From: an uncultured Clostridia bacterium | GTDB taxonomy: Bacteria; Bacillota; Clostridia; Christensenellales; UBA1242 | Direction of reading: 5' to 3' | Length of the DNA stretch: 54,575 nt | Assembly (NCBI GenBank): GCA_947625165.1 | Contig: CANQNH010000002.1 | Location: 1 to 54,575, forward strand | In this document: positions 17,401 through 25,889 of the stretch, one piece after another | How the letters are laid out: every line of letters begins with the position of its first letter | Numbering within the stretch: position 1 is the first letter of the stretch | The notes under the pieces: generated by a model | What the model was told of the DNA's origin: nothing | The model's database searches: none | What the model saw: the letters and a program-made list of their open reading frames with translations, nothing else | Made by a program: the position numbers and the translations under genes

Positions 17401-20400
17401 ATTTGCACTTTCAAAAGATGTGAAAACAGAGGAATATTATGACCTTCTTGCAAAACAGACTGGCAAACTGACATTTGAATATAACTATCAAGTTGAAACT
17501 GCTGTGGAAGAGGAAGTCAAGATTGTCCCTGAAAAACTGACCCTTGTTGCAGATGTTGAAGTGGATCTTTGCGACCAGATGTATCTGAGAATTTTCTTCT
17601 CAGATGTGCTTGGCGAGGAAGTTGAAATTTTGATAAACAACAACATTGTTGGTGCCAGAGTTGGAGAAATTTCTCTTGAAACCGATTTGAACAATGCAAA
17701 AGAATTGTTTGAATATGTCAAAGATTTGTTTAATTTGACCATCAAAGGTGCTGAAAACCTGGGCGGAGATGGACTGAAAGATGTTGATTTTGATGCTCTG
17801 TTTGGGAAGCTGGAAACAATTGATTTTGCCAAGTTGTTTGAGCAAATCAAAAACTTTGACTTTGCGGGCAATCCATTCGACTTTGATGGAGATGGGAAGA
17901 ACGATTTGACAATTTCCGGCGATGCAATTTCATTCAACTTTGTTCAAGACATCAGCAAAAAGGCTCAGGAAAAAGAACAAGAACCTTTGAGTGAGAAAAA
18001 GGTTGCTGGCGAAGCCGCTTCTGCTTCTGACGAAGAAAAAGACGCAAAGAATTTGTCGTTTAGCCTTGCTTTAAGCACAAATGTTGAGCAAGAATTTGAG
18101 AAAGTTGAACATCTTGCCAATGCCAAAGATTTGAAAGCTGACCTGCCAAAGATTAAGAACTTGATTGACTATTTCAACCAAAAAGTGTTTGAATTTAAGT
18201 TTGGCATCAACTATAACGGACTTGATGTTTCAGGCACGCTGAAATATCTCAAAGGCAGCGAACCGTCAAAAGATGAACTTGAAATTGTGCTGAACAACCT
18301 GTTTGAAAATGGCAGTGTCAACAGGCCGGAAGGCGGCGGCAAAGATTTGGTTGTCAGACTGCACAGCGACATCCTTTATGTTGGCTATGGCAATATGAAA
18401 GTGCAAGTGCTTGTCGAGAAGAAAGAGGGCGCAAATACCTTTGAAAACTTGAAAACAACTCTTGAAAAACTTTTGAATGACGGCTATGGTGTTCGCCTGC
18501 AATTTGGTGTGTTTGAGAAGTTCTTGAATATGCTTGAGACTTTCAGTTTGAAAGACTATTTCACCAAGACCAAAATTGACATCCGCCGAAGTGAATATGA
18601 ATATGCAATCGAAGGCAGTGAAAGCGGGGCGAAAGGCGACATATTCACAATTGGTATATACGAACAATTTGAAGTTATGAAGCCGACAAAACTGTTTGAT
18701 GTTGAAATAAGGTTTGACCAAAATGGACTTTTGAAATCGGCAAATCTTTTGCTTCCAGAGGTTGTGAAGGTTGAGGGTGGCACAGAAGAAGTTCCTGTTG
18801 TGAAAGCAACGGTTGAATTTATGCTTGTTGAAGAATCCACAATCCCTGAATTTGACCCAAGTGAGTATGACACAACAAACTATAAGTCCAACATTTTGGA
18901 AGGCTTGTTTGACAGTTTGAGATACGATGAGGGCGTTTATGCCTTCTCAAGTGATTTGGCAGTGCGCTATGGCATCAACGATTTCTATGGCGACCTCACT
19001 GGACTGCTTGTGCCATATGAGACCGTTGTTGACGACAAACCTGTCACAAAACTTCGCCCAGCGTTGTCGCTGTACACCTCTTCGCTTGGACTTGACACAT
19101 TCATCTATTTGATTGACGATGTGCTCTACATCGACATTCAAGGGCTGCAAATCAAAGCGCCAGCGAGTGTTGACAGCATAAATGAAATCTTGAATTTTGT
19201 CAAACAAGAACTTGGCATTGATGTCAACAGTATGTTGAATAAGGAAGAGGAAACAACTGACCAAGCCACAGATGGAACACCAGAAGAAACGGGCGAAGCA
19301 TCGACAGTGGAAATCATTTCAACCGACCCACAAACAGAGGTTGATTTGCAAGACGCCTTGTCACAAGAGGGCGCGCTTGATGCACTTGCCGAAACCTTTA
19401 AGGCTCTCATTCCTGCACTTGACAACATCTACGCACAGTGGATAAAATTGGAAGAGATGGTTGCAAGCGGCGATGGTGCATCAGTTGAGTTAATGAAAAA
19501 TAACAATGTTTACTATGGTATTCAAGTTAAGTTTAAGGACAGCCGAGCAGCCGAAGGCGAGACGAAGGAAGATATTTTGGAATATCAAGAAGGCTCATAC
19601 TTCTCCGATATTATCCTGCAACTCTATATTCAGGACTATATCGCCGAGAATGCAGAGAGCGGAATGCTTATTCCAACACAACTTGTTGTTGGTGCAAACA
19701 TAAACGATCCAAACACAAAGGCACACAATGCAACATATTACAAAGACCACTTGCTGAAAGCAGAGAACGGCACATCAGAGACGGTTATGGAGTTTGACAT
19801 AACCACAGGCTTGAACTTTGCGGTTTATCTGACCAACATTGAAGTTGGGGTTGGCACGCATAACACAGAAAGATTTGTTGGCGGAAGGGCTGATTTGAAA
19901 CAACAAGAAGTTGCACAGACCTATCAAGTTGCCACAAAGGATGGTGGCACAACCGCTTTGCAAGATTTCAATGACTATCACGATGTTTTGCAGTTTGCCG
20001 CCACGGCATATTCTTGGGCAACGGGCTTCCACTATGACCTCAATCTTGCCGGAACGATTGAAGGCGAGAAGCTGAATGAGGATGAAACAGTGACATCCAC
20101 ACAAACAGCAATAAGCGGCGGCATCAAAGTTTCGGTTGAGCAAGAAAAAATTGTGGAAGAAGCAGATGAAACAGGAAAGATAACGGAAAAGACAGACGGC
20201 TTCTCGCTTGACGGCAAGAGACTGAATGTTCAGGGCACAGATCTTGACATAACTCAAAGCAAAAAGGGACAGAGTGACGAAGGTTGGACACAAACAATGA
20301 GGCATCTCATCAATTTGTTCTATTCCACAGATCAAGACGGGTTGTTTGTCACCTATACTCACGATGGTCCAAAAAATCAAAATATTGCTGCTGGAAACAA

Positions 20401-22063
20401 AATTCGTGCAAGGATAAACAATGTTCATATGAGCGATTTGATTTCGTTCATAGTTGGCTTTATCGGTCTTGACCTTGACCCATCGTCATTGAAGGGGTGG
20501 GAACTTCAAAAGAGCACAACCGATTTCAGATTTGTTCAAGCACTTATGGGCAAAACGGAAGTCAATGCAGATGGCACAATCTCCAAGGTTGACACAATTT
20601 TGAGCGAGATAACGGCCTACACCAAACTTCTCAAGAGCATTGTTTTTGAAAAAACAGAAGAAACCGAAGATGGCCACAACTTGAAACTGACAATCACTGT
20701 TGACACGGGCTATCTTGACGAGATGGAAAAGGCTGATGGCGAGGCGGAAGAGCAAGAGCCAAAGCCACACACTGAAAAACTTGGAACAATCAGCCTGAAT
20801 GTCAATATGACGAAAGACGGATTTGAGAATGTTGGAACTGAAGAGGCTCCAATTCAAAAGCAGAAGTATAAGGCTCAACTCAATCAAATTCTTGTTGAAA
20901 ACCTTCAAATTTCCGGAATGACAATAAACTTCACAGTCAATGTTAAAGAATATGTTTTGAATGGTGCTCACTATGAAACAGCCACAAGAAAAGTCCTTGA
21001 CGCAAATGGCAAACCTGTGCAAAACGAAGATGGAAGTGAGAAGACGGAAGAGTATGAATATATTGTCGGCACTGACAAAAACTTCACTTACGACATCAAT
21101 CAGCAACATATGGTTCTTGGCAGCCTGCCACAATTCCTCAACATCGCAGTTGACACCGTGAATGCAAAAGAATTTTTCTATCAGGGAACGATTTCAGCTG
21201 AGCTGCTAAATATTATTGTCAATTTTGAAACAAGTCTTTATATTAAAGTCGAGAAAGAAGAGGGTTCAAAACCAAATATTTATGTGTTGGCCCAAATCAC
21301 ACCTACACAAAAAGGTGGACTTTTTAAAGACTCGTTGCTGGAAGGGAATGGTAAGGTGAGAAGGTCAATTTTGGAACTTAAAAATGGTGTTATAACGGTA
21401 AATAATGAATATACCTATAATGATAGTTTGGATTGGGGGAGAGAAAAACACAGTTATAACAATGTTTCATATAGATTGGAAGAACTTTCTGATTTTGAAA
21501 AATTGAAAGATTTGATATACAAAGTGACAATGCTCTCAAGCGGCGTATCCGAGACTTTGAATTTGGTGCTTGATAGAATAACTTTCCCAACGCCAACCAT
21601 TGAAAAGGTCATCACCGACTTTACATCAGTTGAACAGGATGGAAAGAATATTTACACAATGCAGATTGATGGAAATCATCTTATTGGACAAAATGATGCA
21701 AAAACATTTGGCTTGCAGTTGATTGCTGGTGACAAGATGAAATGCGAAGTCACAAATAAAGAACTTGTTGACAAATACAACACAGGTTTGGATGAAAAGA
21801 AGAAAGTTAAGTCCTACATCCGAGAACACGAATTTATTGAAGAAGTGAAAATTGATGAGGCAAATCCTTTTGACATTGTTGGGATAATTCAATTGTCGAT
21901 GAAATTGGCTTCAATATCACAAGACTTCACATTCACTCCAATCACCGCAAAAGATGTGACACTTGGGGCTGACCCAAACAACAAGGATGTTGGCAGAACT
22001 GTTCACAGCAACCATAAGTATAGGCTTGACTATTTGAACAGCATCGGAACAATCCTTGCTTGA
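14441..22063 (+). CDS. Hypothetical giant (2,540-aa) acidic, internally repetitive protein with a single N-terminal TM anchor
   Basis: Uninterrupted 7.6-kb ORF. The N-terminus KMFRTFAAYVIMTLLVFFGYVLIFGG is a TM helix. It is D/E/N-rich with recurring modules, has no LPXTG or choline/SLH-like motifs, and is followed by a strong terminator. Confidence 0.9.
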   Translation: MIEREIEKAKTLFPKMFRTFAAYVIMTLLVFFGYVLIFGGPKYVLPDEGDAGAEEDNYFGEFVQSLTALENIKGNDVNLVLKTADEKIDLSVQGDFCFDRATGLALDLDLGYNGQMFDVQATYLSPNLFLTIDGTTYLFDTSKVDIQLPKTEEEFDFSKILDFVTNTLGIDLDPYLNSLGELIGVDLKNFDLNSFMNVLKITPTLNEETGDYTFRIQLGEYIDATIMCDNAFNITNVSMKDILVKNNVIQLSVPFVSMNKEENVVTYDRTNDEVDLTGLGIFAGYAQNTFQNNFVNVKLLVDGVEGAPYAADVNVDLENNIFKFSTEYQGLNVVATYANGNIYLDVFAKEGDSSEVEGGLKVKIRAKDFDTWKTKLEKLLLTQTGKDFKGFFEQWKQDFASKHPDVDLENMTAKDIVMKILAGFFGNTESFDTYLPQSATLEDEKYSLGWNCGANLTFEAKTDEQENKNLTKIAFAYGDVTASADFEIVDAGLSVEDGEFYELSNLLPVLDVVDGILAEKQLGGDIALNVEGQEISGNFVLNFENDILAKVELENGILSRKVGGEIQKQKVVIVLSGRDVVVTIGDISVKGSLDAIEEYEAKIVRLLGLQKVEETNPPQDEQEKDLAHKISDVIQKVCDILQKFSLGEERDEENNLTALAVVKYLSTPQIFGKVSMDEDGRICVAVGDASQENSGENVAGGEKNGAVLKFGANFDEIEYSVAGEDLSDVLEKAQNVKDYFLAGQYAFKFDAEFDGFTVSAKVEIERPITPVQSDEANPETMATGTKEAEERTTDGLTVVVSDIYIGKTDAAGLNGEGMTPNVNLTLRLQDGVLFVDYGENKMKFVGTSADGILNKILEILKANFAEQLDAEQTVADADEGQDGEKPALSDQQKAQLKAKFVEVLTTLFGEDLTTKTTSELLNMLRVSLSGTTTDDMTFDVDFKNVVDGVEKGVSGKAQVVFEDKNIKNIQLALDDFKGLKLNLDVLPFALSKDVKTEEYYDLLAKQTGKLTFEYNYQVETAVEEEVKIVPEKLTLVADVEVDLCDQMYLRIFFSDVLGEEVEILINNNIVGARVGEISLETDLNNAKELFEYVKDLFNLTIKGAENLGGDGLKDVDFDALFGKLETIDFAKLFEQIKNFDFAGNPFDFDGDGKNDLTISGDAISFNFVQDISKKAQEKEQEPLSEKKVAGEAASASDEEKDAKNLSFSLALSTNVEQEFEKVEHLANAKDLKADLPKIKNLIDYFNQKVFEFKFGINYNGLDVSGTLKYLKGSEPSKDELEIVLNNLFENGSVNRPEGGGKDLVVRLHSDILYVGYGNMKVQVLVEKKEGANTFENLKTTLEKLLNDGYGVRLQFGVFEKFLNMLETFSLKDYFTKTKIDIRRSEYEYAIEGSESGAKGDIFTIGIYEQFEVMKPTKLFDVEIRFDQNGLLKSANLLLPEVVKVEGGTEEVPVVKATVEFMLVEESTIPEFDPSEYDTTNYKSNILEGLFDSLRYDEGVYAFSSDLAVRYGINDFYGDLTGLLVPYETVVDDKPVTKLRPALSLYTSSLGLDTFIYLIDDVLYIDIQGLQIKAPASVDSINEILNFVKQELGIDVNSMLNKEEETTDQATDGTPEETGEASTVEIISTDPQTEVDLQDALSQEGALDALAETFKALIPALDNIYAQWIKLEEMVASGDGASVELMKNNNVYYGIQVKFKDSRAAEGETKEDILEYQEGSYFSDIILQLYIQDYIAENAESGMLIPTQLVVGANINDPNTKAHNATYYKDHLLKAENGTSETVMEFDITTGLNFAVYLTNIEVGVGTHNTERFVGGRADLKQQEVAQTYQVATKDGGTTALQDFNDYHDVLQFAATAYSWATGFHYDLNLAGTIEGEKLNEDETVTSTQTAISGGIKVSVEQEKIVEEADETGKITEKTDGFSLDGKRLNVQGTDLDITQSKKGQSDEGWTQTMRHLINLFYSTDQDGLFVTYTHDGPKNQNIAAGNKIRARINNVHMSDLISFIVGFIGLDLDPSSLKGWELQKSTTDFRFVQALMGKTEVNADGTISKVDTILSEITAYTKLLKSIVFEKTEETEDGHNLKLTITVDTGYLDEMEKADGEAEEQEPKPHTEKLGTISLNVNMTKDGFENVGTEEAPIQKQKYKAQLNQILVENLQISGMTINFTVNVKEYVLNGAHYETATRKVLDANGKPVQNEDGSEKTEEYEYIVGTDKNFTYDINQQHMVLGSLPQFLNIAVDTVNAKEFFYQGTISAELLNIIVNFETSLYIKVEKEEGSKPNIYVLAQITPTQKGGLFKDSLLEGNGKVRRSILELKNGVITVNNEYTYNDSLDWGREKHSYNNVSYRLEELSDFEKLKDLIYKVTMLSSGVSETLNLVLDRITFPTPTIEKVITDFTSVEQDGKNIYTMQIDGNHLIGQNDAKTFGLQLIAGDKMKCEVTNKELVDKYNTGLDEKKKVKSYIREHEFIEEVKIDEANPFDIVGIIQLSMKLASISQDFTFTPITAKDVTLGADPNNKDVGRTVHSNHKYRLDYLNSIGTILA

Positions 22064-22066
22064 CGC

Positions 22067-22099
22067 AAAAAAAAGAAGGAAATCAATCCTTCTTTTTTT
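22067..22099 (+). terminator. Intrinsic terminator after the giant ORF
   Basis: AAAAAAAGAAGGA-aatcaa-TCCTTCTTTTTTT: hairpin plus T-run. The A-run on the other side makes it potentially bidirectional. Confidence 0.8.
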
Positions 22100-22189
22100 G
22101 TTCTGTTTCATCAGTCAGCAAAATGCAAAATTTGAAAATTTTGGTCTTTTTTTTGAATTTTGTTGCAGTTTTTTGTTCTTTTCTTTCAT

Positions 22190-22218
22190 AAAAAAAAGAA
22201 ATGGCATTTTTTATGCCA
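22190..22218 (-). terminator. Probable intrinsic terminator of metG
   Basis: Minus strand TGGCAT-aaaaa-ATGCCA overlaps the stop codon and is followed by ATTTCTTTTTTTT. Confidence 0.45.
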
Positions 22219-23905
22219 ATTCCTTTTTAATTCTTTCAATCGCTTCATCATCAAGGCGTGCAAACAATGGCTTTGCAACACCAATCTTGTGAGTTCTTTC
22301 AAGGTCAATCTTGCTGGCCTCTTCCCACATATCAGGCGCGTTTGGAGTTGATTGCAAAAGCAGTTGCTCCGTCCAAATCTCTGTTGTGCGGTTTGGCATT
22401 ATTGGACTTGCAACAATCACAAGGCTCTTTGCCATATTCAAACAAAGATAAAGCACTTTCTTTGCGCTCTGCAAATCTCCGTTTTTAATCAGTGTCCAAG
22501 GCGCTGTCTTTTCAAGATAGGTGTTTCCAATGGACGCATATCGCAAAATTTCTTTGTATGCCGCTTTAAACTCCGTTTTGGCAAACAGGTCGGCAATCGT
22601 TTCAGGGCAGGTTGTGATGGCATCAACCATCTCTTTGTCGTTTTCATCAAAACTGTTTTTGATGTCGTCAAAATCAATTCCAAGTTGCCCTTCAAAGTTT
22701 TTGTTTATCATATTCAGCGTTCTGTTGAAAAAGTTGCCATATTTTCCCACAAGTTCGGCATTTGTGTTGGATTTGAAACCCTCATAGGTGAAATCGCTGT
22801 CTTTGTTTTCTGGAAAAATTGAAACCAAATATGCCCTCAAAGCGTCAATGTCAACATCACAATGCAGCAAATTTTTGCAGGTGTCCACTCCGATATGCTT
22901 CGATTTCGAAAACTTTTGCCCTTCAAAATTCAAAAAGTTGAAACCAACCACATTTGTCGCAAGGTTATATTTCTTGCAAGCAAGTTCCATACTTGGAAAG
23001 AAAACTGCGTGAAAATCAATGTTGTCTTTGCCAATAAAGTTGTAAATCTCACACTCGTCGTTCTGCCAACGGTCACGCACCATCTCTTCGCCGCCAAGTT
23101 CCTTTGTGATGGAAATGTATCCAATCGGTGCGTCAAACCAAACATAAAACACTTTGTCCTCAAAATCTTTGAGCGGAACTTTGATGCCCCAAGGAATGTC
23201 GCGGGTGATGCAACGAGGCTTCAAACCTTCCTTAAACCATTTGTTTGTCATACTGAACACGTGCGGACGCCAGATGTCTTTCTTGCTTTCCACCCATTTT
23301 TCAAGTTGTGGTTGCAGTTTGTCAAGGGTGATGTAAAGATGCTTTGTTGTTTTTCTGACCGCATCTTTGCCGCAAAACGAGCATTTTGGAGAAAGAAGTT
23401 GGTCAAGTTCATAGGTCTTGCCACATTTGTCGCACTGGTCGCCATACGCTTTGTCATAGCCGCAATATGGGCAAGTGCCGTAAACAAACCTGTCGGCAAG
23501 AGCAATTTTGTCGTGTTCACAAAACAATGTGTCCGTTTCGCGAATTTCAGTGTAGCCATTTTTGTGAATTTCATTGAAGAAGTCAATCGTTGTGTCGTGA
23601 TGAATTTTTGTGTTTGTTCCGCTGAAAATGTCAAAGTCGATGCAAAGACGCTTGGCAATGTCTTTCATTTTTGCGTTCATCATCGAAATGTATTCGTTTG
23701 GGTCAAGCCCAAGTTCTTTTGCGGAGATATAACTTGTTGTTCCGTGGTCGTCCGTTCCGCTCACATAAATGCAGTCGTCACCATAAGTTTTGTGAAATCG
23801 TGTGAACACATCGCCCGGAAGCCAGCATCCAACAACATGTCCAAAATGTGGCAGCCCGTTGACATAAAGCAGGGCAGAGGTGACCAAAATTTTTTTCTTT
23901 TTCAT
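22211..23905 (-). CDS. metG: Methionyl-tRNA synthetase (short form, no C-terminal tRNA-binding appendix)
   Basis: LLYVNGLPHFGHVVG (HIGH-type), zinc knuckle CPYCGYDKAYGDQCDKCG, KFSKSK (KMSKS). 564 aa. Confidence 0.95.
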   Translation of the reverse strand: MKKKKILVTSALLYVNGLPHFGHVVGCWLPGDVFTRFHKTYGDDCIYVSGTDDHGTTSYISAKELGLDPNEYISMMNAKMKDIAKRLCIDFDIFSGTNTKIHHDTTIDFFNEIHKNGYTEIRETDTLFCEHDKIALADRFVYGTCPYCGYDKAYGDQCDKCGKTYELDQLLSPKCSFCGKDAVRKTTKHLYITLDKLQPQLEKWVESKKDIWRPHVFSMTNKWFKEGLKPRCITRDIPWGIKVPLKDFEDKVFYVWFDAPIGYISITKELGGEEMVRDRWQNDECEIYNFIGKDNIDFHAVFFPSMELACKKYNLATNVVGFNFLNFEGQKFSKSKHIGVDTCKNLLHCDVDIDALRAYLVSIFPENKDSDFTYEGFKSNTNAELVGKYGNFFNRTLNMINKNFEGQLGIDFDDIKNSFDENDKEMVDAITTCPETIADLFAKTEFKAAYKEILRYASIGNTYLEKTAPWTLIKNGDLQSAKKVLYLCLNMAKSLVIVASPIMPNRTTEIWTEQLLLQSTPNAPDMWEEASKIDLERTHKIGVAKPLFARLDDEAIERIKKELA

Positions 23906-24072
23906 AATTTGTTTTTTCCTTTTATTTTTTCAAAAATTTCCTAAAAATCAAGTTTTTTTCATAAAAAATGCGTTTTTTTCGAATTTTTTTGCATTTTTTC
24001 GATATTTTTGCATTTTCTTATCAATTTTTCAAATTTTTATTTTTGTCATTTTTCAAATTTTTCGTGCGTATT

Positions 24073-25389
24073 TCAGCACATTCGAGTGGACTTGATTTTT
24101 TCAACAATTTTTGAAATTGGCAAAGTTTCTTGCTGGCCGTTTTGCATATTTTTGAGAGTGTATTGCTGTTGTTTCACTTCGTCCTCACCAACAATCAAAA
24201 CATACTTCAAATTCCTGCGGTTTGCTTCGCGCATTTTGGCTTTGAAACTTTTGCTCTCATACAAGCACTCTGCCTTGATGCCTTCGAGTTTCAGATTTTC
24301 GGCAAGTTTCAATCCGTCAGCCAGTGTTTCGTCAAAGGTCACAACTCCAACATCAATTTCACTGAAATTTTCCAGGTTGAAATAGTTTTTTTCAAGCAAG
24401 AAGTCAAACAGGCGGGTCACACCAACGCTCATTCCAACACCAGGCATTTTTTTTGTGGAGAAATAACTGCACAAATTTTCAAATCTTCCACCGCCACCAA
24501 CAGCCAAGCCAAACTCTTTCAAAAAGCCTTCAAAAACCGTGCCGGTGTAGTAGTTGTGTCCGCGTATGACAGAAAGTGAATATGTCACCTTGTTGCTGCC
24601 CAAGATTTTGAGATATTTGTCAACCTCTTGGAGTTCTTGCAAACCTTCACCAAAAGTTGCATTTTTGCAAAAATCTTGCAATTTTTGCGTTATTTCGTCA
24701 ATTTTTCCGCTAATTTTTGTCAATTTTATGATTTTTTTGCAATTTTCTTCGTCAAGACCAAGTTCTTTCAATTCTGTTTCTGCATCGTTTTCAGAGATTT
24801 TGTCAAGTTTGTCCAAAACAATCAAAATGTCTGTTGAGATGTCGGTTTTGCCAATCTCTTCAATAAAGCCTGAAATGATTTTTCGGTTTGAAACCTTGAT
24901 TTCAACATCCAAGTCAAGTGCGTCAAAACATCTTTCAAACAAGTTGACACACTCTGCATCTGCCAGAAGAGAAATCTCGCCATCACCAATGATGTCTGCA
25001 TCACACTGGTATAACTCACGGAAACGCCCTTTTTGAGGTCTCTCTCCGCGATAGACTTTGCCAATGGCATAGCGCTTGAAAGGAAAAGTCAATTCGTCTT
25101 TGTGCATTGAAACAAAACGTGCAAGCGGAACTGTGAGGTCATAGCGCATGCAAACATCGGCATCACCTTTTGTGAAGCGATAGACCTGCTTGTCTGTGTC
25201 ACCGCCACTTTTTGCAAGCAAAACATCTGAATACTCCAAAATTGGTGTGTCCAGCGGCAAAAAGCAGTTGTTTTTGAAAACATTTTCAAGTTTTGACAAC
25301 ATTGATGAAAAAGCAATCTGCTCTTTTGGCATAAGTTCCCAAAAACCTTTAAGTTTTCGGGGGATGATGAGTTTGTCGTTTTGGCTCAT
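24073..25389 (-). CDS. hisS: Histidyl-tRNA synthetase
   Basis: GGAG sits 7 nt before ATG 25389 (MSQNDKL...). RYDLTVPLARF and YRGERPQKGRFRELYQCD (class II motif 2) are present, with a C-terminal anticodon-binding-like domain. The ORF track extends it to 25494. Confidence 0.9.
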   Translation of the reverse strand: MSQNDKLIIPRKLKGFWELMPKEQIAFSSMLSKLENVFKNNCFLPLDTPILEYSDVLLAKSGGDTDKQVYRFTKGDADVCMRYDLTVPLARFVSMHKDELTFPFKRYAIGKVYRGERPQKGRFRELYQCDADIIGDGEISLLADAECVNLFERCFDALDLDVEIKVSNRKIISGFIEEIGKTDISTDILIVLDKLDKISENDAETELKELGLDEENCKKIIKLTKISGKIDEITQKLQDFCKNATFGEGLQELQEVDKYLKILGSNKVTYSLSVIRGHNYYTGTVFEGFLKEFGLAVGGGGRFENLCSYFSTKKMPGVGMSVGVTRLFDFLLEKNYFNLENFSEIDVGVVTFDETLADGLKLAENLKLEGIKAECLYESKSFKAKMREANRRNLKYVLIVGEDEVKQQQYTLKNMQNGQQETLPISKIVEKIKSTRMC

Positions 25390-25514
25390 AAAGAAACTCC
25401 AATGAAATGATTTTGTTTTTTTCTGGCAGTGTGTTTGCCGAGGTTTTATATGTTCAATTTTGTGCTGTTTTTGATTAAAGAAAACAACATTCAAGATTTG
25501 ATATTATCACCAAT

Positions 25515-25542
25515 TTTATAACAAAAATCGCGCATTTGTCAA
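25515..25542 (-). promoter_or_regulatory. Candidate hisS promoter
   Basis: Minus strand TTGACA (25542-25537), 16 nt, TATAAA (25520-25515). It directly abuts the DnaA-box cluster. Confidence 0.45.
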
Positions 25543-25560
25543 GCATAAACATACAACAAG

Positions 25561-25812
25561 TTATGCACTCTTATTTTCCACTTATCCACAAATTTATAAA
25601 TATACATTCAAATTTATGAATATTCAAAACGGCAAAAATGGGCATTTTTGAGGGAAAACCACACAAGTTATCCACATTTCCACATTTTTGTGGACAAACC
25701 CTTGCCAAAAATAATTTATTTTTTTTTAAAAAGTGGGATATTTGAGTTAAAAATTAAAATTGCAATTTTTTTGCCATTTTTGTCAAATTGGGGAATTTTT
25801 CAGTTGTCCACA
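25561..25812. promoter_or_regulatory. DnaA-box cluster with an adjacent A/T-rich stretch
   Basis: Perfect TTATCCACA at 25582-25590 and 25668-25676. TTGTCCACA at 25804-25812 (+) and 25689-25697 (-). Weaker TTATGCACT at 25561-25569 and ATTTCCACA at 25676-25684. A nearly pure A/T stretch spans about 25709-25800. Confidence 0.7.
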
Positions 25813-25889
25813 TTGTTGATAACTTTCTTTTTTCTTATTATACATTTTTTGCATATAAATTCAAAGGATTTTATTTGAAAAATTTTTGT

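Noticed and set aside
22056-22292. 78-aa ORF just after the giant gene, considered as a possible immunity or partner gene.
   Set aside because: It starts inside the giant gene's last codons, runs through both terminators and into the 3' end of metG, and is low-complexity Phe/Leu-rich.
22862-23944. 360-aa plus-strand ORF.
   Set aside because: It is codon-aligned antisense to metG, with no motifs and no RBS. The artefact is the same as for the secA antisense ORF.
23906-24072. A T-box riboswitch or attenuator, which might be expected upstream of metG. I also checked hisS (25390-25560) and glnS (39008-39061).
   Set aside because: None of the leaders contains the conserved T-box sequence, a specifier-loop architecture or enough G/C to fold. 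The glnS leader is only about 30 nt, and the metG spacer is pure low complexity.
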